Of a DNA stretch of 64,000 nt, positions 34,691-48,700 are shown in pieces. Source of the stretch: Pavona decussata (Eukaryota); NCBI GenBank assembly GCA_977016875.1, contig CDRNST010000085.1, forward strand, positions 2,852,001-2,916,000. Direction: 5' to 3'. Under the pieces are notes generated by a model, which was given only the letters and a program-made list of their open reading frames with translations, was not told where the DNA came from and did not search any database. The position numbers were made by a program, and so were the translations under genes. How positions within the stretch are numbered: the stretch's first letter is position 1; each line of letters begins with the position of its first letter.

Positions 34691-35864
34691 AAACTCTCCA
34701 AAGTTGCCAATAAAGAAATATGAGGACGTGTGGTGCTCAGGTTTTCTCTCCCGTGTCCCTTTTCCTGTTTTCTTCTCTTTTGGGTTATTGTAAATCTTCT
34801 CGGAACCAAGAAGCCCTCGGTGTTCCGGTGTGGTTTCACGAGAAGTGCTCACGTATCTTTTCAAAATTCGGCTAGATGTATTTTCGTGTTTTGCATGTTT
34901 TCCTATTTTAGTGAATTTTATGAACCATTAATTTGCTAATAACAGTTTACGTAGATTGAAGATTTGATATTTTGAATAACTTTAACTTTGTACTCTTTGA
35001 ACGATTGGCAGATTCCCACGTTTCCGTGGCTGAAAATTGCTCGATCGTAATGCACAGCTGGAGAAAGTACAAAAAAGATAGACATGATAGCCAAAGAGAC
35101 AACCCTTAATCGTTTATATAAAGACATACCAATCTAAGTATTCACTATGCTATACTTTACAAATGCCCTAATTGAAATGATTTGCCTTTCATAAATGTAT
35201 CAATGTAGGTCTGAGATGAAACAACTCAAGAAAAACCATTTTCCATCCGAGAGCCTTTGATTTCTAGTTTACTGAATGTTTACAACTCTCCTACGTGCAG
35301 ATGAAAAGCTGTGTACTATTCTTCCAAATAACAAGCCAGCTGGCCAGCTATCGTTTCCTCCTGTTAAAGATTCCTGTCCTCCGCGTCGACACGTATGCTC
35401 TTTCCATCCTTTGCATCTTCGCTGTCGGTTTGAAAAACGGGTTGTTCCGTAAAGACCTTTTCCTAAGTTGTTACGCGTTGCCTGATTTTCCAAAACATCG
35501 TTTGGACGGAAGGTCAGGAACTCTTCTTTATTTAAAAAAGAAAAAAATTACCCATCTTTCCAGCGCACATGATACATGTTTCATATTTTTTATGTGGTTT
35601 CCTACATGTTGGCAATTTATGATTTATACTCCAGTTGAAAACTCACGATGGTTTTGAAAATCCCATCGAAAGAAGAAAGAAATAGATCATTACCCTGGGA
35701 GTCATGTGAACGAAGTAATGTTTTCCTATGCATGTCAAAAACACTTTTATCGGGCTTCATGTTTAACTCCCCTACGTTTGATTGATATTAGGCCACAAAG
35801 TAGTTGTCATCCGAACGGCAAACAAACCTTGTCACAATTTTTATTTACCTCGCATCCCTTTTAA

Positions 35865-36585
35865 GGACGGTGTCTACTTTTGCTAATACGTATACGTTCT
35901 GCGTAGCTCGAGATGGCATGAGAAAGTCCGGTGATGCCCGCTAAAACAGCGATATTTTTGCGCGGTTCATGAGTAAGCGTAAAAAGAAGATCTTGGTAAG
36001 GGTTATTGGAATCCGAAAAGAAAAGTAAGGATAACCAGGCATTTTTCAGAGATGATTAAGGTTACCGTGTTATTTCAGGGGTGGCTTCAGTTTAACGGAT
36101 GTAGCGCCTCTCGGTTACATCACAGATACCCAAAATCCTACATCAAATTAAAGCTTATAGAACTGGGTATTCCAATATTTCATTCTTTCCCAAGAAAATA
36201 AATTCCCAGGTTTTGCTTAAAGTCGAAACTTGAAGGTCCAGATCGTCGTTCAAGATTTCCACCTCGATGCGATTTTTATATTTTGGGAGTTTGTTTTTTT
36301 TTCTCCAGGTCAGGATCCCGAAAGCTTAAAAAACGAGACGGGGTTTTCCTTAATTCGATTGCGTTCAAACGTTATAGAACATTTTCAAAACTACGAGAAA
36401 AACATGCGGAGTGAACACACGTAAATCGCTTTCAAGGAAAGAATTTTTAGAATTATCGAATTCCCCGACACGTTTTTGTTAATTATAAGTTTTCATTTGG
36501 GGTTCCAATAGGCCTTACTAAGATCTGCTTTTCCCGCATAGTCATAACCGGCGCAAAAACAACCCGCTATTGGAAGCCACCGTCC
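35865..36585. mobile_element. TTAA-flanked MITE (family of 14988-15384) with an unrelated internal insert
   Basis: TTAA-GGACGGTGTCTAC ... GCCACCGTCC-TTAA. Confidence 0.8.
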
Positions 36586-39479
36586 TTAATAGACCTGAAC
36601 GCATCGGTGTGTGAACATGTGAAAACAGGACGAAAATTCAAATGCGTACGAGAATAGTTTGCCACTTTTTCGACAAAAAGAAACTTCTAATTTGAATTGC
36701 AGATAAACTTGTTAAAAATTCATTTTAGTTAACACTTTGACCGCGAGGAATACGAAGACATCGAAGGAGTTGTATATGGCTTCAAACTTCATTTATTCAG
36801 CTACAAACGCACATTCAGCGGTAATAGTATTGAGAGTGAGAGTGAGGGTGCCTGCAAAGAGGAAAACTATAAACTGGCTCCCCTTTCGTTTCAAAACAAT
36901 GGCTTTGGAGCGAAAGTCTGGTAGCACGTGGTGAAATGACGGCAAGCTTGTACAGAACAAACGGCTTCCACAGTTTTCAGGTAATATAGATTTCATCTAA
37001 TGTAGTTATACAGTTGAATTAATATAGCTTGAGCCGTCAGTGGTAACAAGGAGCTGCTACAGAAAGGAAAATTCGGTTTCTCGCGAATTAAATGAGCAAG
37101 AAATTCGAATCATGGGGGGTGGGGGTGGGATGCATGCTATGGAGATTCTACTGTTGTTTTTGTTATTGCGTATTCATCATTTAGTAGTGTTCCTATTATT
37201 TGACGGCCAAACATAGTCTTATCTATTCATATTGTATAATTTTCTGTTAGTCAACAGCGAACCTTCTTATCAACTGCGCGTTAAATTGATGTTCTGTACT
37301 ATTCGTTACTGACGGTGTACACACTGATACGATGGGCAGCAATTTTATTCTAGCGTCTGGCTATAACCATCGGTTTTTATTGGAGGTTTTGTAAAAGTTA
37401 GGCAAAATATCTCTTATTCATGATCCAGCTTTCCTTCTATTTAGCCGGTCAGATTCAGTTATCGTAAGACCCATAATAAGACCCTCTTTCTATTAAGCTC
37501 CCGTCTCTAATAAGGCCATCCCGCCCCCACCCCGGAAAGTATTTTTTTTTCTCTATCAATCCGCCACTTCCCATATACAAAAAACACATAACAAAATACC
37601 ATCAATAGGAAAACCACAGTTTTAAAATTGAGGGCTGGTTATGAAACCTTGCTATGAAAACAATTGTACTGCAATTTATGTTGGAAGGGCCTTGACCGTG
37701 CACGATCCTTTTTTTTTTTTTTAATGTTCATACTACAGTTGAATATCTTAACAGGAACGTTTCTATTGGTCGTTGCTCCAACAAGTTTCAAAATCTATTG
37801 TGGTTTGTGCAGGGTCAAGGCCAAAAATGCTAACAAAAACAAATAACAAAGAAGTTTGTCGGGTTTCATAACCATTGCCTTTTTGTTTAACTATGGGAAA
37901 ACTTGGTCACCAGCTCGAAGCTAAAGTATTATTATGTTATTAGGTGAAAAGGCATTGAATTTGAGATGCACAATCCATTAGTGCCATGTTTCAGTTGTAT
38001 GGTAAACGTTTGTGAAGGCTAATTTAAGTTTTATTCAAAATTCATTATTTGAGATAAGCTCCTCTACTATGATCAGCTACCCCTCCCTCCTCTTCTCAAG
38101 GCCTGAAATTAAGTTAGCCCCCGTTATTGCTATCAAATCAAAAACCTCGTTTGACTTAATTACATTTAACACTATGTTCAGACTTTCACCGTTCTCTTTA
38201 CTCCGGTTTTCCTCCCCGAACAGCGCCTGGTAATCGAGCCTAAGTTTACACCAGCTTTTGATTTTTGTAAAAGTAATTTTTATGCTTCCTTTGTAGTGCT
38301 TCCGTTTACGTGTCCTCTCAGCTTTGCTTGAAGAGATATTAACAACAGAATCTCCAAGATCTGGGCTGCTTTTTTCTAAAATAAACCTGTTTCTTGGCTA
38401 GCATTTCGTGTCAAGCAATGGTATACCTTTTTAGAGGGGAGGGGGAGTAACTGGATTGTAAAGTGTAGAGTACGGCTTATACGCGCATACGTCCTCTATG
38501 CGGGCAAATCTGGTATTTTTAGGCCAGGGTCCTAGGCTTTATTTTCTTTCAACGGCAAGCGCAAAGTGAGCGTAATTAAGGTCCTGGACTGCTTACTTGT
38601 ATTCGAGAGCGAGTCTGTGAAATAATTAATTCGCGCCAAATTCAATTTTTCTGAAACAAACGAATTTCAAGATACCGCGATTGATACAGTGCAACACATG
38701 AATAACAAGTTTCCTGATGTAAAGAAAACAAAATTAATTGCTTTCTAATAATTCATAGCGGTTAGAAAATGAAAGCAGCTAAGCCGAATCTGAATTTCTA
38801 ATGCATGGTGCGATAAAACGTTTGTCAACAGAGTATCAGTTTAGAATCAATGTTCGATTCCCTCGTTGGTGACATTGACTATCTTTTCGAGATGAGAAGA
38901 CGTTGGACGAGCAACTGTTTAATGAAGAAGACAAACACAAACTGGACGCACTTGTTTGCAACAAACATACTAGGGATAGTTAATAAGAGCCTAGCAAAGA
39001 CTCGACGCTACTGAGCAGTTCATGGCAAACGAAATGGTAAACTTCTCTATTGAAATGAAGAAGATTCGTGCTGGCGACAAATGACTCATCAGCCTTGCTA
39101 TCAACTAAAAAGCTCTCCACTGCAACCGCACATACAAATGTTGAGATCAATAACCTCGTCCTGTTGGCCTGCCGCTAAGGGCTTTCAAAACGACTTACGA
39201 ATGACGACCTACGACTTACGACCTAGAATGTTTTGCGATGAACCTAAACACAAACTACAGCTACTGAAATCAGTTATTGAATCGAAACTTTTAAGTACGG
39301 TAGAAATAACTGACACCTTGAACGTGTGAAATTACACTCCACCAATATTCCAATTGCAACTTATTAGAATACAGATAGCCATAAAAATCTTTCCTACTAT
39401 TAAACCACAGCTACCCTGCCAACAAAACATGGATATCGTGGACTTTCTAGGCTTGTGCTTCTAACCTGGGAACAAAATG

Positions 39480-41060
39480 CTTCGATATGAGAAGATCGAA
39501 TTGAAGGAAATTGTAAGCGTCTGTTTCTAGACGTCTTGTCAAGACAAGAGAGCAACTTCGATCAACTCATTACAGACAACGAATGTACATGAGGCCGACA
39601 CACATCAACAGAAAACATTAAAAACTTTACAAGGCAAGCGCAACTAGCCTGCGACTCACCTAACAGCCCACCGGACGAAATTAAGAAACAAAGCAATGGT
39701 TCAGGAAGGACAATTACAACTGATAGTCTGAGGTAGATTTAGCACCCGTAGAAACAACGATCCTGGTGAATTAACGTGAGCTTGACACCTATTTTTATAG
39801 TAATAACACCGGACCCCACATTAAAGGTACCTCTGAGACCAACGTATGACAACCTTACATCATTCACAAAGTAAATTCGAAAGATCTGTTTTAGCCCCCA
39901 AATTGGGGTTAATAGGGTGTGTCAAATGAAGTGCTCTTTTAAGAGCTAACTTGGAAATTAGTGCCAAAATACCCTTATCTCAAGGACTGAAATGCCCCTA
40001 AGGGCTAAATCGAGTCTTAGAGTGGGCTGAAATGTTCTTTAATAGCGCCATTTTGACACACATTGTGACCTAAATGGCCCTAGAAGTGATTGACTCAGCT
40101 CCTAGCTCACCAGGGCTGAAACAGAACTTAACTTGAATTTACAGTGCATGCTGCTCAAACAATTATCAGTTACTACATTACATCACCAACTTACAGAGAC
40201 GAAACAAGTGTCACACACGAAACAGCTTACAACAAAACTTAACATGTACTCTGACTGCTATCCTATACCTATGATCGGTTGGTCGGGCAATAATTTGAGC
40301 AAACTACTGGCTAAACACAAGCGAGTGACCAAATTAATTAATGATGACACAGATCACATTGATGATCCCCATTTAGAGACCAAACACAGAATTAATAGGC
40401 TTCACCAGAGGGAGCGGCTGAAATCAAGCATACAGAATTGACATAGTACTGAATGCGTTACCAACAGCTCACATCTCCACCTTACTAACGCCACTTATCG
40501 ACAACGTTAACAGAATAAGCAACAAAAAGATTGAACTAACTTACTGATAAATTTGACAAACAAAAGGCCGACATGAATTAGACCAGCAATAATAAAAGGA
40601 AAGACACTGACCAATCACTGTCTTAATTTTTAGAATGCTTTCCAATTTATATGTCGAAAACAATTATGCGTTTACTTTGGTTTTGCTGACTGTGCTCTGT
40701 GATTGGTTAGCACAAACTCGCGCCATTTTCTCAACCAATGACAAACAAAAGTTAAACCAATCGTGCCTTGCTCGTACGCGTTTTCCCGCGCTTGGGGCCG
40801 GTTACATGCATTTACTTGGAGTTCTCGTTGGTTCATTACACTGTTTAGGTCTGTTTTCACTGACGGGAGTAATAACTTTGGTTTTGGTTTTAAGACACTT
40901 AGTTAAAACACCTCTAACAGCCAATGACATCACGACTTAATTGACTAATCAGTGACCAGGAGCTTAAATACAATCAACTGACGATACAGTATCTACTTTG
41001 ACTCTGATGATGACTTCCGCTCAGGCTGTCCAAACGCCAGTCAATGTCACCAGAAACATT
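39480..41060 (+). mobile_element. Heavily decayed Penelope-like element (RT C-terminus, GIY-YIG endonuclease, pLTR), interrupted by MITEs at 39881-40129 and 40631-40916
   Basis: Fragments RPTH, RQAQLACDSP, PHIKGTSET..QPY and YSDC..IG..G.NLSKLLAKHKRVTK..HI..HLETKHRIN; ends in a degenerate hammerhead at 40999-41043. Confidence 0.75.
40999..41043 (+). ncRNA. Degenerate (probably inactive) Penelope hammerhead motif
   Basis: TGACT-CTGATGA-T-GAC..GTC-CAAA-CG-CC-AGTCA; GAAA has become CAAA and the UH cleavage site is mutated. Confidence 0.6.
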
Positions 41061-41629
41061 TTTTTTAAAGTCAGACTATAATTAAAGCAAAACAACCCAA
41101 AAATTACGTCGGTGATACTGAACTAAAGTTAATACTAAACTTTTTCACGATCCAACTTCAAAAGTAAATCGAAACAAGAACCGGTAGGTTTCTCTTTTCA
41201 GTTTTAATCAATCAATTGAGAATTTCACTAGCTACTTCTCGCTTTTTAGGAAGAATTTCGAGTTTCCATTGCCCGCTGATAATTTAATAAAATAAAGAAT
41301 AAATGTAATTCCGAGTAAATGCATTGTGTCAATGATATGGACAACAAATGCAAGGAAACGTTGGTGTACTTGATTGTTATATTTCGATATGATACTATAT
41401 CATCTTCAGACTAAGGTGACAACAAGTAGCTATGATTTAAATACAGAGAGATGGTAAATTAGCAATTTAAAACATGCACATGAAAATACAAAACAAGACG
41501 TTAATGTCAGGAGAATAGGCATTTTTTTTTTTTTGTAGAAATGTCAAGTCTTTATTCATTCACTGATTCAATTGGTATTGGTGTTAAAGTAGATTTCTCT
41601 GCATCTGGTACAACAAAATGTTGGCTGCT

Positions 41630-44600
41630 TAACAATTTTTCAGTTTGTTTTCAGTTCAAATTTTGACTGTTTGAGTAAGGATATAAACCTTCAGACACTA
41701 GTGATGTTCCTGTCAACCTCTAGGCCGTTTATTTGTTTTCCGAATATATTTTGATTCTTTTATGTATTTTTCAGTAACATGAGGCTGAAACGCTTTTTCT
41801 AAGGGAAAGCTAGTGTTGGGTCGATGTTTTGGTTTGAGTTTACACCTTTGTCAGAAGTTGCCAATAATTATTACAGTTATCTTTTGTTTTTCCCTTTTCA
41901 AACGCCAACAGATTATATAAGGCTGAGATCTCGATTTGTCAGGAAACTATTAGGTTTTGAGGTTTGCTCGATCTGTCAGAAAAAAATTGTGAATAACTGT
42001 TCGTCACTGAATGGAGACCTTTTCTGTAGTCAGACCACTTTCGTTTGGTTGCCATTGTTGATTGTTGAGAAAAGATATTGACACAATTTCCGGTAAAAAC
42101 ATCCTATTTTTCTGTTGTCAGAGAGATCGGATTTGTCAGCGTTAGCCTTTTGTCTGTAGTAATTCAAAACTGGTTAATGGAAGCGAATTTTTCAGTAACA
42201 TCTTGAAGACGCAATTGTCTTTTTTGCTGTGTACGTCTTGAATATGAGCTGCGATGTTACGAAACCATTCGTAAGTAAAACGACTAACGTGTATGACTAT
42301 TGTCAGCTTGATCAAATTTTGGCACTTGTAAAGACTTCAAAAAGCTAGAGACAAATAACGAATTCGTCACTAAAATGTTGGACCATTTGATACATCAATA
42401 GCACCGACGTGAAATAGGTATTCGGTTATCTTAATTTTTGCGGAACATAATTCAAACAGACACGCCCATTTTTCTGACTGTTAAGTGAAGATTTTGACGT
42501 CTAAGTGAAATTTCTCAGTGAAGCGAATTGGCTTTTTATCTGTTTTAGTGTTTTAGTCGCGGCTAACAGGTTCAGTCGTTGCCGATAAGAACACCTTAGC
42601 AAGCTAAACAGGCATATTCAGCCACATTGTACCAATTGTATTTATCATTTAATGACCTTTTTAAAAATACAGGATAGTTTTTGAGAAAACAGCTAATGCA
42701 ATGACAAGAGATCTTAGAAAACCTGCCTAAACGGGGAAAATCCATCAATTTTGTTAGAGGTGATGCACAAAAATGGGTAATTTTCTCTGAGAAGAAAATC
42801 GACGAAAATAGGCCTTTTCACTGATAACCACCTTCCATTAAAAATTCAACTCTTCTGAAAAGTCAGCTAGAAAAATTTTTTTAAGGAAACATGACAAGCA
42901 GACAGGGAAAATGGATAGGACAATAACAAAAACAGACAAATTAAAAAAAAAAAGATGTATCAAATTTTTGCCTTGTTCACCTTGTGGCAATGTTACAACT
43001 CAATGTTTTCGGCAGGTTGGCCGGAATGTGCTAAAATGTTAAAAAAATAAAATAGCAAATATTACTCCGAAAATTGCTGTTTTTGTGGAGGAGCTTTAGC
43101 TGTGCAAGGATTCCATAAGGCCATTTTATTTTTGTAGTAAAGATTTGGTTTTTTTTAGCTTTCAGTAACGCTATTGACGATGAGTCAGGATTTCCATTAA
43201 AACTGAAATACGAATGTTTGTCAGTTCTCGGCCAGAATTTAAAATTGATACATTTTCATAAAAAAGGTTTGATTATCTGACCGTTTTCAATGTAAACAAC
43301 TTACCAGCTTGTAACTTACCAGCTTCCAACTTGCAAAGCGAATTTCAACAGTTATAAGAGCGAAACACATAGAGTGAAGCTAACAGCGAAACCTCTTTAG
43401 ATACATGCCGCATTTGTAACATTTATTTTTAAAAAATAGCAGTCGGCAATTTCGGGAAGCAAATTTAGTACATTTCCACATAAAATTTGTTTAAGATCCT
43501 GAAAAGAGCTGGAGTTTCCAGCATTCCTCTAGCCGATCTTTTAAAAGCACATCTTGGAGTTGAAGTTGATCCACAAGATGGAAAATATAAATCTTCACGT
43601 GTTTGCAACAGCGCTTGCGACGAAAGCCACGATCAGCAACGTTTCAATCGCTTTGTGTGTGTTGTTTCGCCCCAGAGAATCGTTAAAAAAGTCGTCCCTA
43701 CAGTTCGCCATCTACTTCAAAGCAGTCCAAAGAGACGGAAAACTGCAGTCTGCGGCCTGCCAAACGTCCGCTGATTTTCAACCGTTTCAGTGAATCAGTT
43801 CCGTCCACGGTATCGACCCGTACCGAGACGAATTTTACACTGAACGTTTTGTTAGAAGATGCGAGCTGCGATGACGATGTTTGGCCTCCAAGCCGACGAG
43901 ACAAACGATAAAAATCAAAACATTCCCCACGATCTTCACAACATTACGTATCCAGTTTTAGAACTGGCGGTGAAAGATACGTCAGTCTTGTTGTCAACGC
44001 TTCAGACCAACTATTGTCTAATTAGCTTTCAGTAACGCTATTGACGATGAGCCATGATTTCCATTAAAACTGAAATACGAATGTTTGTCAGTTCTCGGCC
44101 AGAATTTAAAATTGATACATCTCCGTAAAAAAGGTTTGATTATCTTACCGTTTTCAGTGTAAACAACTTACCAGTGAAAATATGTTAAGCCATTTTTTAC
44201 TTTTCAGTAACATTAAGAAACGTTTTGTCACTTAAGTTTTCTTTTATTGATTTTTCGTTAACCAATTTAAGGTTGAGACATGATTTCTCAGAAAAAATTT
44301 TGTCTACCTTCAGTTTACTGATCCAAATACAAACAAAAATCAAATATAAAATACGGTGTTTCGGTGTCTTCATGATACCCTTATGAAGTGAAAAATGTAA
44401 ATTATACTCCGAACAACTTTCATTTTAACTTGATAATGGTGTCAAGAAGACGCCGATTTTTGCTTGTATTTCTATTTGCAAAACTTTACTTACTGGGATA
44501 CTTTCTGTTTAAATTCTTTGCTTTTCAACTTCCCCTAAGAAAATATTAGACCATTTGTTTACAAGTTCTCATTAAAAAGTTTGAATTCGAGGCATTTTCC

Positions 44601-45760
44601 ATCAAAACGTTTTTGCTGTCTATCAGTATTCGGGAGGCATTTTTATAAAGGTGGAGACATTTAATTCTCAGTGGACAGTCTGGCTTGGTTTTTCACTTCC
44701 AGCTTAGTTCATTTCTGGGCCATTTTTTACTAATATTTAAAAGCAAGGATAATTTTTTCTGTAAAAAATTGCGAGAACAATGGTCCGTTTTTAGCAAGAA
44801 TTTAGGTGTTGAGACATTTTTTTTTCAGCAAAAACTGAGTCTTGTACTGTTTATCAGTTTTAGCCAACGTTCTAGGTCCTATTTCACTTTAAAAATTACC
44901 ACTTTGCCATTTCCTGTTTTCTATTCAAAGTTCGATTGCTTCAGCAATTTTCAACAAAGGATAAAGATTTAAAACTTCAGACACTTTCCTGAAAATTAAC
45001 GTCGTCGTCTTTCCGTTTTCAGGAAGAATTTTAGGCTTGAGACAGGCTGTCATTTCAATTTAAATTCTGTTTCAGTGAGCTTTCAGTAAAAGTGAAAGCT
45101 TCATACAGCACTGATTTCTCTTGAAAAAAAGTTGTGCCATTTTACTGCTTTCAAATATAATTTGGATTGCTTCAGTCAATTTTTTTTTGAAAAAAAGGAT
45201 TTTTAGCTTCAGACATTCCGGACATATTTTTCTGTATTCAATTCAACTTTTGCTTATTTTTTTTCAGTTAAGATTATAGCTTCGGACACCGAGTATTGAT
45301 TTTTCTTGAAAAAACGTTAGCCCAATCGTCTGTTTTCAGTTCAAATTTTGACTTTTTGAGTAACGATGTAAACTTTCAGACACTAGTGATTTTGCTGTCA
45401 AAAGCTAGGCCGTTTATTTGTTTTCAGAATAAATTTTGATTCTTTCGTGCAATTCTCATAACATTTTTGACTGAAACGCTTTTTCTAAGGGAAAGTGTTA
45501 GGTCGATGTTTCGTTTGTCTTGAGTTTACACCTTAATTCATCTTTGTCAAAAGTTGCCAATGATACAGCACAATTACCTTTTGTTTGTCACTTTTCAAAC
45601 GCCAATAGATTTTATAAGCCTGAGATCCCGATTCGTCAAGGAAACTGTTGGGGCTTCGGCCTGTTTTTAGGCAAGAATTTGAGCGTTTTAAGCATTCTAA
45701 CACGAATTCTCAGTGGACATTTTAGGCCATTTGTTACTAGTTTCTTGGTAGGAATTTCAA
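41630..45760. repeat. Old degenerate tandem array, ~60-100-bp units
   Basis: Recurring TTTTCAGTAA..AGG/AGCTT(C/G)AGACA motifs; ~310-bp diverged direct repeat at 41642-41950 versus 45329-45650. Confidence 0.6.
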
Positions 45761-48700
45761 ATTTTATGGACGATTTTTCAATTCTGAATGAATGTTTTCG
45801 GACGAGCCACACTTTCTCAGCATATTTATTATCAGGTCATTAGTATTTTGTTTTAATTTTTTGTGCCACATTTTATTGATGATAATAATTCTTGACTAAA
45901 CTTGTTATGCAATCACCTGTTATCAGCACAAATTTATCGGCAGTTTTGATTGACTAATTTATATTTTTAGGATCATCTCAACGATTCATTTTGTCATCAA
46001 GCTTGGAATTTGTTAGTTATATTTGTGTTGCACTGTATCAATAACGAAAGACGAATTTACACGGTATAATATTTGCTTTCGAATATCGCATGCTTCTCTC
46101 AAACTCTGAAAATGTTGAAAATACCTGGAAATTCAAATCGTTGTTTAACATGGTTTCGACCGTCTGATATTTTAAAACGTTTCATAATCGTACAAAGTAT
46201 TTCGCGCTGTTTTCATCAATCGTAAGCAAGCTTTGGCGAGTAAATGTTTCACAGATAGGCAACGTTTAAACAGAACAAACAACAGTGTAAGATATCAAAT
46301 TCTTGCATTTTAGTTTATCGCATAGAAATTATTTTCGTGTTTTCCCTGATTCTAGTAGCAAAATTCAGTTTTGTTTCAATTAATATCAGTATCATTTAAA
46401 CTTAAAATGGTTTGGCAATTATTATGAAATCTGAATCTATTTACTCTTTGGCGAAGTATGTATTAAGTTTGTTACACACAACCTGTTAACATTTTTGTAT
46501 TGGAATACTTAATGTAAATTTTCCTTTCCAATTCTCGTGTAAGCTCTGTTTAAATCGATCCAATTTTCCCGCCAAAAGACTTAGAAAAATACGGGCGCCT
46601 CAAATACGCATGCGCTAGTTTTTTTTTTTTAAAAAAAACGAAATGCCAAGTTGTTAACATTTGTTTGAAAATCTTAAATTTTCCCGCCAAAAAACTTAGA
46701 AAAAATACGGTGCCTCAAAATACGCATGCGCCGTTTTTTTATTTTTAATAGTTATTTTCAGTGTTCTTTGTTTAAGTTTCTATTGTAATGTAATAATAAT
46801 TTATTAGAAGACAACACCAATAAAAGTTCAACAGTCATTTTTCACTTTCATTGTCTTTATTTTCTCTCTTAAAAGTATATTAATTTTTTTTACAGGTTCT
46901 CCCTATTTCAGTTAATTAAGTAAGTCTTTTGGCGGGAAAATTTGAGAAAATTTGCACAGCGTTTTCCCTGGCAACAATTTTGACAAAAATTTTACAGGGG
47001 ACCCCTTGAACATTTATTTTGTTTCCAATAAAGTTCAAGGATAACCCCTAAAAAATTTTAACCCGCCAAAAAACATACACCATCTCGTGCAGAAACGTTT
47101 TAGATCGAAATCGAGAGAGAGAAAGATCCAAAACCGGCCTAATCTTCAAATTTTCCCACGAGATGGTGTATACAAGGAGGATATTAAAAACAATATGACA
47201 AGCTTTGAAAACTAGAATTAACTTTTGTACGGAAATTATGTACGATACAAAATGTTCTGGAAAAAATGAATCTAAAGTTCTCGCATCGCAATATTTTTCT
47301 TTCAAGTCCAATCAGTTCTTAGTTTAGTTGCCATGTTGCTTTTAATAACAAGATCTTTTTTTTGCAAGGCAATTTTCGTTGAGGCACAGTGGAAAATTCG
47401 TGGCCTAACCATTTTCCGCCATTAAAAATAATAACTGTTTGGAATTTTGGAGCAAGTGGTAAAATTTAGGCAATGAAACAGACAATATTGTATGGCTCCA
47501 TATTCTTTCTAGCGTCAAATACAAGCCGAATTGAAGTATTTAGCTCTTCACGATCATTCATTGATAAATCAGTTTACTGTGCTACATCGAGAACAAGCTT
47601 GCAGAGAAAAGGTCTTTTCCTCCAACATAATGTCAAGAATTAAGAGTTTATCATAAAACGCCAATGTCTGGTTCATGGAAGAAAATCATTGTTTCAAGTG
47701 TCAACAAGTTTCTTTTTAAATATCGTAAATTTGGATAAAAAAAACGAAACATGACTCAAATAAATGTTAGGCAGACCACAATAAACACAAAAATTTAAAC
47801 AAATTGAAAAACGAAAAATTGTACACAATGGTTCCGTTTAAATCGAGTGTATTTGGTCATGGAACAATTTATAAATTGAAGAAGTATATGTCCAGGAAAA
47901 ATTAGTTTCTCGTACAATTAAGACCCACAGTTATAAGTAAATAATCGGAAAAAATAATTATTTGTAAAACAAAAGTGCCGCCTAAATGGTTCGTGGTTTG
48001 GTTCCAAACGGAAATCTTGAAATTTGTTGGATAACGAACAATCAATTTAAATTATGTTCCTATAATTTAGTATCACGACAATAATCAGGACAAGGAATTC
48101 ATCTGCATGCTGCAAAATCGTTTCAAAATCTTCAAGATAATATAAAACACAATAATGGCGAAGAAATTTGCGTGACAAAAAGTCTTTCTGATCATTATTA
48201 ATTAACTGATTCCAAAATCTTCTATTTTGCTGAAAAAATGGTCATATTGTCCCATCATTTTCATCTGTTTAAAATCGAACGACAATCAAAATGTTGTGGT
48301 TTGGTGAAGATGAATTAAATCATCAAATGAGTAAATCCAAAATTTCACTTGAGGTTTGCAATAAATGAAACATCATTCACTGTAATTTAATCTCGATAAT
48401 CAGATTGTTTTTTCAAAAAGTGGTGTTGTTATTGTGGTCTGTTTAACAACCCTTTTTTAATCAACGTCAAAACCAACTTTCCTTTACACCAGACACCAGA
48501 GTTTTATGACAACTATCAACTATAAAACTACAAGAGAACACAGGCACTCTCGAGAACGTACGAAACATTCCCTTTAGAATTACCTTTCCTGACAAAATAC
48601 GTCAAAATTCGAGAACCGCGATGTCTACGACCATAGGAATAATTTTCCTTGAATTTGATAAAGTAACTTTGATAACCAAGAACTTGAAAGTGCCTTTGTT

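Noticed and set aside
35270-35530. Coding-like minus-strand stretch (also 38080-38375)
   Set aside because: Stops or frameshifts, partly repeat-derived; no consistent exon chain could be built.
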